From positions 15,759 through 79,758 of the forward strand of contig JBAYUG010000004.1 in assembly GCA_041675325.1 (NCBI GenBank): a stretch of 64,000 nucleotides of DNA, given 5' to 3'. Both the position numbers and the translations under genes were made by a program. How positions within the stretch are numbered: the first letter of the stretch is position 1; each line of letters opens with the position of its first letter. The stretch comes from Candidatus Kapaibacterium sp. (GTDB lineage: Bacteria; Bacteroidota; Ignavibacteria; Tepidaquicellales; Tepidaquicellaceae). The notes under the pieces were generated by a model that ran no database searches, had not been told where the DNA came from, and saw nothing but the letters and a program-made list of their open reading frames with translations. Shown here piece after piece: positions 9,546 to 19,199 of this stretch.

Positions 9546-10053
9546 CTAATAAACTTATATATATTAACAAATCAATTTTATTTAATAATTTACTTTAAGT
9601 GCCGTCTTTTGAAAACCTTTAAATATTAAGGTATTTTAGTCTTAGTATTAACAAAATTAAACATCTGTAAGCTCTATATTTTTAATACTGTTAGCTGTCT
9701 GCTTATGCGTTGTTAACATTCCCTGTTAATAACTAAATTTTGACGGACAAATAAAGATGAAATGTGAAGCTGTCAAAAAAAGTTATTAACAATGTACTAA
9801 CAGAAAAAATATCATTGCTTTAGGTGTATAATATTAACGAAAGCATTTAAATAAGTCAAGTTTGAAATTAATAAATACGTGAAAATTTATTTATCAATTG
9901 TTTTATTCCTCATTGTCTTAATTTTCATAAAATAAATACGAGGATGCCGACACTTCATCGTGGATAAAAGCTGCTCGCAATTTATAAACAAATTAACCTT
10001 TAAGGTTATGCTTAAGTTCTTTATTTTTAAAAATTGGAAATACTTTCTATTTA
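9546..10053. other. Candidate oriC (dnaA-upstream AT-rich intergenic region)
   Basis: 508-bp non-coding region adjacent to dnaA. One 8/9 DnaA box is present (cgTGGATAA at 9959-9967). Six copies of the motif (T)TATTAAC(A) lie at 9562, 9646, 9712, 9724(rc), 9783 and 9832. There are very AT-rich stretches near 10017-10035. Confidence 0.5.
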
Positions 10054-11826
10054 TTGAATAATCTGGATTACATAAAATTTGTTGTCTATAAGGTTGAGTC
10101 TGAGTTCATTGAACACTCAAACAGTCGTGAATATATAAAGGTTATTACCGTTCTGCATGCTTTAAAAGTATCAGACAATATCCTTAGAGATATCTATATC
10201 CTTTCCGGGATAAAAAAGTTGAGACAGCTTTCGTCCTACCTTATTTTTATTATTAAAAAAGTCGAATCGGGCAGTATTAACATAGACAATTTTATTGAAA
10301 ACTACTCTACTGATAAATCCTTCATCCGTTCTTATTTTCAGACGTACTATGATCTCGAACAAATAACCGAGGAGAAATTCATATCCGAAGAGGTTGATAC
10401 AAAGTTTATTTTTGATGATGATGAATCAGATAAGCAACCCCCTGTTTATTCTCTCGCTGAGTCGGACTTCAAGGTTGCTGACCTTGATAACGAGCTTGTT
10501 ACAGAAGAGTTCAGGGAAAGCACTGTTATGGAAAATTATTCCGAACCTATAGATTCTTACATGAGCCTTGTAGAAGATAACAAAGAAAACTTGGCAACGG
10601 AAGATAGCAACGTGTTCTTTACCGATGTTTCGGACGATGTTTTTAATCTTCCGGGAGAGGAATCTGATTCAACACAAAAAATAGAACCAAACGAAACTGA
10701 CGCAGCCGGAAAACAAGAACAAATAACGGTCGAATCTGTTGCACCAGAAGAGACAAAACCCGGCGAATTTATTGATGATGAAATTATTAACAAAGAAGAA
10801 GAAGTCGATGAAAACGAAATACTTCAAAACTTAATTCCTACTGCACCGGTAATAGCACAGGAAAAAGAAGAGCCGGCTTCGGAGATTCCGGAATCTGACA
10901 GTGAAGTTGATGAAAAACTTCAGGCAATAGAAAAGGAAACTTCTGAAGCAATAATGAATTCTGATTTTGTTATCTACGAGAAGTTTCTGTTAGAGAAAAA
11001 CAAAATACTGTTCGGTCTATTTGATGATTTAATTTTGCTAAAAGAATCCTCCGATCCTGATCTTGAAAGGCGTAGTAGAATTTTCGAAGAAATATTATCC
11101 ACAGTTGAAGAGCTAAAAGATTATTCAGAAAGAATGTCCTTTGAAGTTATAACTGGGATTTATGCCGCATTAGTTTATTCTTTTGATATTAAGTTTAAGG
11201 ACATTATCGTTTCATTGGATAACTTCTCTGTCTTCCGAAAAGCAATTGAAGGCATTGAAGATCTTATCGGCGGCAATGACCTTACCGGGTTTGACATAGT
11301 AGTTGCCAAGTTAAATTCCTTGCGAGATGATCTTGCGAAATTACTAGCAGACCGGGAAAATTTCGAGAAGAAAAAGTACGACTTTGGCGAAGAAGAAAGC
11401 AATGTTATAAGGGAATTTAAAGACAGCAGCGAATATGATGCTTTTATAATCCTAAGAGATAAAATATCCGAGCTGGAAAACACGTTTCAGATTATTGCTG
11501 ATATGAAGGATAAAACTTATCCGTTCGAATCAATAAGAAAGCTTTCCGTAACGTTTGCTCTTTTCAGGGAGATCGTTAATATAGCCCGTGTACTCGAAAT
11601 GAATAAGGTTGCACACTTAGCTGAAGCAGGATACATATTCGTGAAGTTTGTTCAGAATTACCGCATTGACCCGTTTAAAGAAGAAGTGTCAGAAGTTTTT
11701 AAATATTTAATATATAGTTTTAAACTTTTATATCTTGATAAACCGGTAAAAGATTTTGATAAATTTGTGTCTTTTTTAAACGAACCAGTTAAAATATTTT
11801 ACCCTAAAAACAATAAGAATGAATAA
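10054..11826 (+). CDS. Hypothetical protein with long acidic low-complexity centre
   Basis: 590-aa ORF with a TTG start and no nearby ATG. The central ~200 aa are rich in D/E. I recognised no family. Confidence 0.6.
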   Translation: MNNLDYIKFVVYKVESEFIEHSNSREYIKVITVLHALKVSDNILRDIYILSGIKKLRQLSSYLIFIIKKVESGSINIDNFIENYSTDKSFIRSYFQTYYDLEQITEEKFISEEVDTKFIFDDDESDKQPPVYSLAESDFKVADLDNELVTEEFRESTVMENYSEPIDSYMSLVEDNKENLATEDSNVFFTDVSDDVFNLPGEESDSTQKIEPNETDAAGKQEQITVESVAPEETKPGEFIDDEIINKEEEVDENEILQNLIPTAPVIAQEKEEPASEIPESDSEVDEKLQAIEKETSEAIMNSDFVIYEKFLLEKNKILFGLFDDLILLKESSDPDLERRSRIFEEILSTVEELKDYSERMSFEVITGIYAALVYSFDIKFKDIIVSLDNFSVFRKAIEGIEDLIGGNDLTGFDIVVAKLNSLRDDLAKLLADRENFEKKKYDFGEEESNVIREFKDSSEYDAFIILRDKISELENTFQIIADMKDKTYPFESIRKLSVTFALFREIVNIARVLEMNKVAHLAEAGYIFVKFVQNYRIDPFKEEVSEVFKYLIYSFKLLYLDKPVKDFDKFVSFLNEPVKIFYPKNNKNE

Positions 11827-12928
11827 TTACGCAGTGATTATGGCAGGAGGTATCGGCACCCGATTCTGGCCTAAGGGTACATCCAAGCTTCCAAAACAAT
11901 ATTTAAAAATAGAGAACGATCATAGTTCAATGATTCAGCAGACGTTTAAACGTCTCGAATCTGTTGTATCACCCAAAAATATATTTGTTGTTACCAACAC
12001 GGCTTATAAAGCGGTAACAAAGAAACATCTTCCTAAAATACCGGAGGAAAATATTATCTGTGAACCGTTCGGAAGAAACACGGCTCCGTGTATTGGTCTG
12101 ACTTGTCTTTTCATAAAGCAGTTTAACACAAAGGCAAACGTGCTTGTTGTTCCGTCAGACCATATAATAACAGACGTGGAGGAGTTTCAAAGAGTTGTTA
12201 AATCAGGGCTGGCTTATACAAATGAAAATGGCGGTATTGTAACGCTGGGAATAAATCCCTCAAAACCCGAAACAGGATACGGATATATTCAGTTTGATCA
12301 GGACGAGTATAAAGACGTAAACATCAAAATAGGCAGGAGCGAAGAGCTTACCGAAAGAGTCTATAAAGTAAGAACCTTTGCCGAGAAACCAAATCTTGAT
12401 ACTGCGAAAGCTTTCATTGAAAGCGGAGATTTTCTTTGGAACAGCGGTATGTTTATTTTTCGTGTTGATACAATGCTTGTTGAGATTCAGCAGTCACTAC
12501 CAGAGCTCCATTCTGCGCTGCTGAAGCTTGAGAAAAGCCTCATGAAAAACGATTTTGCTAAAGTTCTCGAAAATGTTTATTCTCAGATAAAAGGTATATC
12601 AATCGACTACGGCGTTATGGAAAAGTCACAGGACGTTTATACAATAAAAAGTAATTTTGACTGGAGCGATGTCGGGTCGTGGGACGAGATTTACAACTCA
12701 AACAAGAAAGATAAGGATGGAAATGTAAAGCAGGGAAGAACAGTTACTATCAATTCTAAAAACTGTTTGATTATTAATGACCAAAAAATATCAGCACTTG
12801 TCGGCGTAGAGGATTTGCTTGTTATTGATACAGATAACGGTCTGCTTATATGTAAGAGGACCGAATCTCAGAATGTTAAAGAAGTTGTTGATTACCTGAA
12901 GAGAAAAGGATTGGATCAATATTTATAA
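11819..12928 (+). CDS. Mannose-1-phosphate guanylyltransferase (NDP-sugar pyrophosphorylase)
   Basis: N-terminal MAGGIGTRFWP and GYGYIQ motifs. The start overlaps the upstream ORF by 8 nt. Confidence 0.88.
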   Translation: MNNYAVIMAGGIGTRFWPKGTSKLPKQYLKIENDHSSMIQQTFKRLESVVSPKNIFVVTNTAYKAVTKKHLPKIPEENIICEPFGRNTAPCIGLTCLFIKQFNTKANVLVVPSDHIITDVEEFQRVVKSGLAYTNENGGIVTLGINPSKPETGYGYIQFDQDEYKDVNIKIGRSEELTERVYKVRTFAEKPNLDTAKAFIESGDFLWNSGMFIFRVDTMLVEIQQSLPELHSALLKLEKSLMKNDFAKVLENVYSQIKGISIDYGVMEKSQDVYTIKSNFDWSDVGSWDEIYNSNKKDKDGNVKQGRTVTINSKNCLIINDQKISALVGVEDLLVIDTDNGLLICKRTESQNVKEVVDYLKRKGLDQYL

Positions 12929-12954
12929 TCAGTTTACAGAAATAGTTTTTTGAA

Positions 12955-12990
12955 GACACTTTGATAATTCACAAAGTGTTTTCCTTTTTC
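12955..12990. terminator. Hairpin terminator
   Basis: acactttg-ataattca-caaagtgt followed by a T-rich run, between convergent genes. Confidence 0.6.
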
Positions 12991-12997
12991 TGAGAAA

Positions 12998-13315
12998 CTA
13001 ATTTGCAAATTTTAACCCTATTACTCCAATAATTATTAATCCTGCGGAAAAAATTCTTAAAAGATTTGTTGGGTCCTTAAAGAATATAATACCGATAATA
13101 AAAGTTCCTATTGCACCGATTCCAGTCCATACTGCATAAGCCGTTCCAATCGGTATGTCTTTTTGTGCAACCCAAAGAAAATACCCGCTTGCTGCCATTG
13201 AAATTGCTCCAATAACAATCCACAAAATACGGTTCTCTGTTACTTGCGAAAGCTTGAAGCCAAGCGGCCAGCCCATTTCAAAAATTCCTGCTATTACTAA
13301 ATAAATCCATGCCAT
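12998..13315 (-). CDS. sugE: SMR-family transporter, SugE/Gdx type
   Basis: 105 aa with four TM segments. MAWIYLVIAGIFEMGWPLGFK contains the conserved membrane Glu. Confidence 0.9.
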   Translation of the reverse strand: MAWIYLVIAGIFEMGWPLGFKLSQVTENRILWIVIGAISMAASGYFLWVAQKDIPIGTAYAVWTGIGAIGTFIIGIIFFKDPTNLLRIFSAGLIIIGVIGLKFAN

Positions 13316-13473
13316 AAGTTTTTGGTTATTAAGTTTGAGTTATTTATCAAAATAATGAATTCAACAAAATAATTAAACTAAGATAAATAAGTTATTACCG
13401 ATTAGTCTGTGTATAATCATATATCTTGTATTTGTTTCCAAGCCTTGATAAATTTCAATAAAGGAGAATAACC

Positions 13474-13761
13474 ATGAAAAATTTAGATAGTGAAAAGCTT
13501 GTGACGGTTTTTAAAAGCGGCAACGAGGCACTTATTGCTCTTGCAAAATCAATGCTTGACGAAGCAGAAATTAAATATCTTGTGAAAAACGAGGGTATCC
13601 AGGATCTTTTTGGGATTGGGGTTTTTGGTACAGGATTTAATCCTCTTACGGGTCCGATACAGATACAAGTATTGCCCGGAGACGAAGCGACTGCAAAGGA
13701 AATACTGAAAGATGTTGAAGCAAGCGACGAGGCTTACGAAGAACCCGAAGAAAACACTTAA
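13474..13761 (+). CDS. DUF2007-like small protein
   Basis: 95 aa with AAAGGAG upstream. VTVFKSGNEALIALAKSMLDEAEIKYLVKNE resembles the DUF2007 pattern. Confidence 0.65.
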   Translation: MKNLDSEKLVTVFKSGNEALIALAKSMLDEAEIKYLVKNEGIQDLFGIGVFGTGFNPLTGPIQIQVLPGDEATAKEILKDVEASDEAYEEPEENT

Positions 13762-13779
13762 GTTAGAAATTAATATAGA

Positions 13780-14985
13780 ATGAAAATTGGAATAATCGGC
13801 GGCGGTGCTGCAGGATTCTTTGCCGCTATTACTACCGCAGAGACGAGCAAAGCCTCTATAACTATTCTTGAAAAGTCACCTAATGTACTTTCGAAAGTTC
13901 GTATATCAGGCGGAGGTAGATGCAATGTTACAAATGCAGTTTCAGATATAAAAGAGTTTATTAAATACTATCCTCGCGGCAGCAAAGAACTTATTTCAAC
14001 CTTCTCGCGGTTTAGTAATCTTGATACAATAGAATGGTTCAGGAAAAGAGGAGTCTATTTAAAAACAGAAACAGACGGCAGGGTCTTTCCGGTATCAGAT
14101 AATTCTCAGACGATAATAGATTTGTTCACAAGTCTGGCATCTAAGTGTAACATTAATGTAATTACAGGATTTGATGCGGCGAAAGTATCTTTTAGCAATG
14201 GTCTTTTTACTGTTAAAGACAGAAGAGAAAACACGCTATCTTTTAATAAACTGCTTGTATCTGCCGGTGGATTTTCAACTCTTGATAAATACAACTGGTT
14301 AATAAACCTTGGACACAATATTATAACACCCGTTCCGTCACTATTTACTTTTAATTGTAAAGACACTCTTCTTAGTGGATTACAGGGTATAGCCGTTGAG
14401 GATGTCATGGTAAAAGTTAGTGATACAAAACTTTCTTCGCAGGGTGATATTCTGATAACGCATTGGGGATTAAGCGGACCTTCTATACTTAAGCTATCTG
14501 CTTTTGGAGCCCGGGTACTTAACGAAATGAATTACAAATTTACTCTCGTGATTTGCTGGACAAAGATTGATGTTCACAAAGAAACAGAGGGGGCACAAAA
14601 GAACAGCCCTTTAAAACAGATTATAAAACATCCTTTCAGAAACATACCTATCAGGTTATGGGAATCGTTAATTATTAATTCGGGTGTCAATCACGAAAAA
14701 CGATTTAACGAGCTATCAAAAAAGGATGTTGAGGCAATTAATAATATTCTTACACATTCACAACTCAGTATAAACGGCAAGAGCACTTTTAAGGAAGAGT
14801 TTGTAACAGCAGGGGGAGTTTCTTTGAAGGAAGTAGATTTCAGGACAATGGAAAGCAAGATAGTACCGGGGCTTTATTTTGCTGGTGAATTACTCGATAT
14901 AGATGGTGTGACAGGAGGCTTTAACTTTCAGTCGGCATGGTCAACAGCATATATAGCGGGACAGAGCATGGCAAATCAGGTTTAA
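13780..14985 (+). CDS. HI0933/BaiN-family FAD-dependent oxidoreductase
   Basis: IGIIGGGAAGFFAA dinucleotide fold and the GGGRCNVTN motif. Confidence 0.88.
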   Translation: MKIGIIGGGAAGFFAAITTAETSKASITILEKSPNVLSKVRISGGGRCNVTNAVSDIKEFIKYYPRGSKELISTFSRFSNLDTIEWFRKRGVYLKTETDGRVFPVSDNSQTIIDLFTSLASKCNINVITGFDAAKVSFSNGLFTVKDRRENTLSFNKLLVSAGGFSTLDKYNWLINLGHNIITPVPSLFTFNCKDTLLSGLQGIAVEDVMVKVSDTKLSSQGDILITHWGLSGPSILKLSAFGARVLNEMNYKFTLVICWTKIDVHKETEGAQKNSPLKQIIKHPFRNIPIRLWESLIINSGVNHEKRFNELSKKDVEAINNILTHSQLSINGKSTFKEEFVTAGGVSLKEVDFRTMESKIVPGLYFAGELLDIDGVTGGFNFQSAWSTAYIAGQSMANQV

Positions 14986-15078
14986 CCTCTTATCTTTGTC
15001 GAGTTTGTTTATCATAGATTTTACTTTTGTATATAGTTAATTTGTTGCACTTCAAAATTAAACAATAGCATTTCAGAG

Positions 15079-15621
15079 ATGATAATACTTGTAGATATGG
15101 ATGACGTCATTGCAGATTTTGACGGCGGTTTTTTGATTAAGTGGCGGGAAAAATTTCCGGGCGAGTTTTTTATACCAATGAACGAAAGGCAGAAGTTTTA
15201 CATGCGCGATGAATATCCGCCCGAACTGCTTGATAGAGTGACAGAGTTGTTTACTGAAAAAGGATTTGTTGCAAACCTTCCTGAAATAGAAGGGGGAGTT
15301 GACGCCATCAGAAAGATAAAAGAAAAGGGGCACGAAGTATTTATCTGCTCAAGCCCTATGAGACAATATAAGAACTGTGTTGCAGAGAAATATGAGTGGA
15401 TTGAAAAGCATCTTGGACAGGAATGGACAATGAAGCTTGTGCTTACGAGAGATAAGACACTTGTTCGCGGAGACTTATTGATAGATGATAAGCCCGAGGT
15501 AACGGGTGCTGCAAAACCCGCTTGGGAACACATCATTTTTGATAAGAGTTATAATTCACACATAAAGAATCAGAGAAGAATAAACTGGAATAACTGGCAG
15601 GAAGTTTTAAAAGAAGTATAA
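15079..15621 (+). CDS. 5'(3')-deoxyribonucleotidase-like HAD phosphatase
   Basis: 180 aa with HAD motif I, LVDMDDVIADF. Confidence 0.8.
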   Translation: MIILVDMDDVIADFDGGFLIKWREKFPGEFFIPMNERQKFYMRDEYPPELLDRVTELFTEKGFVANLPEIEGGVDAIRKIKEKGHEVFICSSPMRQYKNCVAEKYEWIEKHLGQEWTMKLVLTRDKTLVRGDLLIDDKPEVTGAAKPAWEHIIFDKSYNSHIKNQRRINWNNWQEVLKEV

Positions 15622-15659
15622 CACATTATTTAAGAACATAAAGATTACAGGACATTTAA

Positions 15660-17906
15660 ATGGATTTAAAGTACGCACCGAAGATAGCACAAGAGCTTAA
15701 CTTAAAACTAAATCAGGTAGAGAACACTGCAAAGCTTCTAATGGAAGATGCTACTATACCTTTTATATCACGTTACAGAAAAGAACTTACGGGAAGCCTT
15801 GATGAGGTTGAGGTTACAGCAATAAGGGACAGATTGAATCAGCTTGAAGAGCTTGATAAGAGACGCGAAGCAATATTAAAATCACTTACAGAAAGAGATC
15901 TGCTGACGGAAGAACTCAAAGAGAAGATTGATGCAGCAGAAACAATGACAGAGCTGGAAGACATCTATCTTCCTTACAAACCAAAGAAACGCACTCGTGC
16001 TACAATAGCAAAAGAGAAGGGTCTTGAACCTCTTGCATTGACAATATTTGAACAGGGGAGTTTTAATTTATTGGCGGAAGCGCATAAGTATATTGATGCT
16101 GAAAAGGGTGTAAACACTGAAGAGGAGGCGCTTGCTGGGGCACGGGATATAATTGCCGAAATGGTTTCGGAAGACAAGACTTCAAGAGAAAAGATGAGAG
16201 AGCTGTTCACAAAGAAGGCAGTTATATATTCAAAGGTTGCAAAAGGAAAAGACGAAGAAGGAATTAAGTATAAAGACTATTATGAATGGAAAGAACTCGC
16301 ATCTGATTCCCCGTCTCACAGAATCCTCGCAATGTTCAGGGGCGAGAACGAAGACTTTCTTCGCTTAGAAGTAATTCCTGAAGAAGCAGAAGCAATTGAA
16401 ATACTCGAGAGAAATTTTATAAAAGCGGATAACGAAGCATCCGTACAGATGAAAATAGCAGTAACGGACAGCTACAAAAGACTTTTGTCGCCTTCTATGG
16501 AGTCAGAATTCAGAGCATCATTAAAATCAAAAGCAGATACAGAGGCAATAAAAGTATTTGCAGAAAATCTTTATCAGTTGCTAATGGCTGCTCCGCTTGG
16601 AGAAAAAGCCGTTCTTGCATTAGACCCGGGTTTCAGAACAGGTTGTAAAGTTGTTTGCCTGAACAGACAGGGAAAGCTTCTTCACAATGATACTATCTAT
16701 CCTCACACAGGGGAAGCGAAAACAATTGAAGCAGGAAAGAAAATTCTTGAATTGTTAAAAGCGTTCGGCTCTGAAGTCATTGCAATTGGCAACGGCACAG
16801 CGGGACGTGAGACAGAAGATTTTGTAAAGAGAGTTATAGGAAGTTCGGATGACGATAAGATAAAAAACCTGCAAGTAATAATGGTAAACGAAAGCGGGGC
16901 TTCGATATATTCTGCCTCTGAAGTTGCCCGTGATGAATTTCCTGATTACGATGTAACAGTAAGGGGCAGCGTTTCTATAGGAAGAAGGCTTGTTGACCCG
17001 CTTGCAGAGCTTGTTAAGATTGACCCGAAGGCTATTGGAGTAGGACAGTATCAGCATGATGTAAATCAGACACAGCTAAAACAGAAGCTCGATGATGTTG
17101 TGGAAAGTTGCGTTAATAAAGTCGGCGTTGAAGTAAACACCGCGAGTAAGCAATTACTCACTTATGTTTCGGGTGTGGGACCAAAGATGGCTGCCTCGAT
17201 TGTAGAATACAGAAATAACAACGGACCCTTTTCTTCGCGTGATGAGCTTAGAAATATTCCGCGCCTTAAAGGTAAGACCTTTGAACAGGCAGCAGGTTTT
17301 TTAAGAATCAGAAACGGTGAAAACCCTCTTGATTCAAGTGCAGTGCACCCTGAGAGCTATCACGTGGTTGAAAAAATGGCTGAAGACCTTGGGTGCACGA
17401 TAAAAGATTTAATGATTAACCCCAAGAATCAGGAAAAGATAGATATAAATAAGTATATAACAGATACTATAGGATTGCCGACCCTTGAAGATATAAGAGC
17501 AGAACTTAAAAAACCGGGACGTGACCCAAGAGAGAAATTCGAAGTATTTGAATTTATGAAGGGTGTTAATAAAATAGAAGACCTTGCAATAGGAATGAGA
17601 CTTCCGGGAATAGTAACAAACGTAACGAACTTCGGAGCGTTTGTGGATATAGGCGTTCATCAGGACGGGCTTGTTCACATCAGCGAGATAGCAGACGGGT
17701 ATATAAAGACTCCTGCGGATGTTCTTAAAGTTCATCAGAAAGTAACTGTTAAAGTTCTTGAAGTCGATACTGCGCGAAAGAGGATATCACTTTCAATGAG
17801 GCTTGGGGAAGTAGCAAAACCACAACCAAAGAAACCAAAGAAAGCTACGAAAGAAGATCTCGACAACAAGCTCAAAATGCTGATTGATAAATTCGGCAAA
17901 AAGTAA
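15660..17906 (+). CDS. tex: Tex-like transcription accessory protein (S1 domain)
   Basis: 748 aa with IPFISRYRKE near the N-terminus and a C-terminal S1 domain (GIVTNVTNFGAFVDIGVHQDGLVHISE). Confidence 0.93.
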   Translation: MDLKYAPKIAQELNLKLNQVENTAKLLMEDATIPFISRYRKELTGSLDEVEVTAIRDRLNQLEELDKRREAILKSLTERDLLTEELKEKIDAAETMTELEDIYLPYKPKKRTRATIAKEKGLEPLALTIFEQGSFNLLAEAHKYIDAEKGVNTEEEALAGARDIIAEMVSEDKTSREKMRELFTKKAVIYSKVAKGKDEEGIKYKDYYEWKELASDSPSHRILAMFRGENEDFLRLEVIPEEAEAIEILERNFIKADNEASVQMKIAVTDSYKRLLSPSMESEFRASLKSKADTEAIKVFAENLYQLLMAAPLGEKAVLALDPGFRTGCKVVCLNRQGKLLHNDTIYPHTGEAKTIEAGKKILELLKAFGSEVIAIGNGTAGRETEDFVKRVIGSSDDDKIKNLQVIMVNESGASIYSASEVARDEFPDYDVTVRGSVSIGRRLVDPLAELVKIDPKAIGVGQYQHDVNQTQLKQKLDDVVESCVNKVGVEVNTASKQLLTYVSGVGPKMAASIVEYRNNNGPFSSRDELRNIPRLKGKTFEQAAGFLRIRNGENPLDSSAVHPESYHVVEKMAEDLGCTIKDLMINPKNQEKIDINKYITDTIGLPTLEDIRAELKKPGRDPREKFEVFEFMKGVNKIEDLAIGMRLPGIVTNVTNFGAFVDIGVHQDGLVHISEIADGYIKTPADVLKVHQKVTVKVLEVDTARKRISLSMRLGEVAKPQPKKPKKATKEDLDNKLKMLIDKFGKK

Positions 17907-17907
17907 A

Positions 17908-18261
17908 ATGAACTTTGACACATTAAGAGAGTATGCATTAAAGAAGAAACACGTCACCGAATCGCAACCGTTCGGCGATGATGTTCTTGTTTTTAAAGTG
18001 ATGGACAAGATATTTATGATGATGGATTTCGAGCATCCAACAAACGTGAACCTTAAATGCGACCCCGAGCTTGCGGTTGAATTAAGAGAAAGATATAATG
18101 CCGTGCTTCCCGGACATCACATGAATAAAACCCACTGGAACACGGTCGTTTTAGATAATACAATTCCCCCGAAAAAAATTCTAAAAATGATTGACAATTC
18201 TTACGACCTTATCGTTAAGGCGTTTCCAAAAAGCAAGAGAGAGAAATACCTCGGCAAGTAG
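17908..18261 (+). CDS. MmcQ/YjbR-family protein
   Basis: I moved the start to ATG 17908, just after the tex stop at 17904-17906. MNFDTLREYALKKKHVTESQPFGDDVLVFKV is typical of YjbR. Confidence 0.8.
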   Translation: MNFDTLREYALKKKHVTESQPFGDDVLVFKVMDKIFMMMDFEHPTNVNLKCDPELAVELRERYNAVLPGHHMNKTHWNTVVLDNTIPPKKILKMIDNSYDLIVKAFPKSKREKYLGK

Positions 18262-18318
18262 TTTTTTCTCCCGAATTCAGCATTTTAAAAGTTAAAAATG
18301 GAATATAATTCTGCTGAA

Positions 18319-18355
18319 TTAGTACTGTATTAGCACAGTATTAGCACAGTATTAG
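18319..18355. repeat. 11-bp tandem repeat TTAGCACAGTA x3+
   Basis: ttagtactgta ttagcacagta ttagcacagta ttaga... Confidence 0.9.
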
Positions 18356-18447
18356 ATATTGTTTAGTATATGTAAAAACAGCAATATAAATATAATAAGT
18401 TTTTTAGGGTGAAAAGAGAACTAGAAGGCTGAATAAACAAAATAATG

Positions 18448-18488
18448 GAACACAGATTCACACGGATTAAGCGGATGAACGCGGATAA
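18448..18488 (-). repeat. Dispersed intergenic repeat module A (reverse orientation)
   Basis: The reverse complement reads ttatccgcgttcatccgcttaatccgtgtgaatctgtgttc. Confidence 0.85.
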
Positions 18489-18599
18489 AAAATATTGCAT
18501 TTGATGTTTTTGTACAGAAGAAGAGCACACACAGAAAGAGCGAATTGTTTTTATATAAAACATGAACTAATACTATACTGCATGGAGTTATATAAATAT

Positions 18600-19199
18600 A
18601 TGTTCAGAAAGGCACTATTAATAGCGATTGCATTTATAGCCATAATTAGTTCTGATTCTTTATCACAGGAGAAGGGATATGATTTTGCGCTGCGGAAAGG
18701 CACCAAATATTTAAACTGGGGCTTGGTGCAGCTAATTCCATCGCCGTATTTTGATAACGATGCGAATGCGGATAATGCGCGGATACAGTTTGGTTTCAGA
18801 TGGCAGTTTATACCCATAAATTTTTCATTTCGTGCGAACAGGTTTGTTTCGCCTGTACAGTTTTTTATGATAAATCCTGTAAGAAGATTTTCGGGTTCTG
18901 TTGAGTTGTTTGTTCAGCCCGAGGTTGTAACATCGTCATACAAATATTCGGGGTTTAACAGTTTCGGAGTTGGTACGGGCGCAAGAGTTTTAATTCCAAT
19001 TCAGGAGATGGGCGAGAACATAGCCGCATCTTTGGGCGCAAAATACACGTTCAGGAAGAATGACATCACAGGTGAGAGCGGTTACCCGGGAATTGAAGCG
19101 GGAGTGTATTTTCTTGGCGGTATGGTCGGGGCGCAGTTTGTAAAGAACCTTCACAAAAACAATGAGTATTCATTCGGGTTATACATAAAATATTTTTAA
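18600..19199 (+). CDS. Putative outer-membrane beta-barrel protein
   Basis: Signal peptide MFRKALLIAIAFIAIISSDSLSQ (alternative start at 18582), alternating beta-strand-like pattern and a C-terminal ...YIKYF. Confidence 0.55.
   Translation: MFRKALLIAIAFIAIISSDSLSQEKGYDFALRKGTKYLNWGLVQLIPSPYFDNDANADNARIQFGFRWQFIPINFSFRANRFVSPVQFFMINPVRRFSGSVELFVQPEVVTSSYKYSGFNSFGVGTGARVLIPIQEMGENIAASLGAKYTFRKNDITGESGYPGIEAGVYFLGGMVGAQFVKNLHKNNEYSFGLYIKYF

Noticed and set aside
13316-13473. Possible guanidine riboswitch (ykkC, mini-ykkC or ykkC-III) upstream of the SugE/Gdx gene.
   Set aside because: The leader is very AT-rich. I could not find the paired ACGR-loop hairpins of mini-ykkC or any GC-rich conserved ykkC core. 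This cannot be excluded without a covariance-model scan (Infernal/Rfam).
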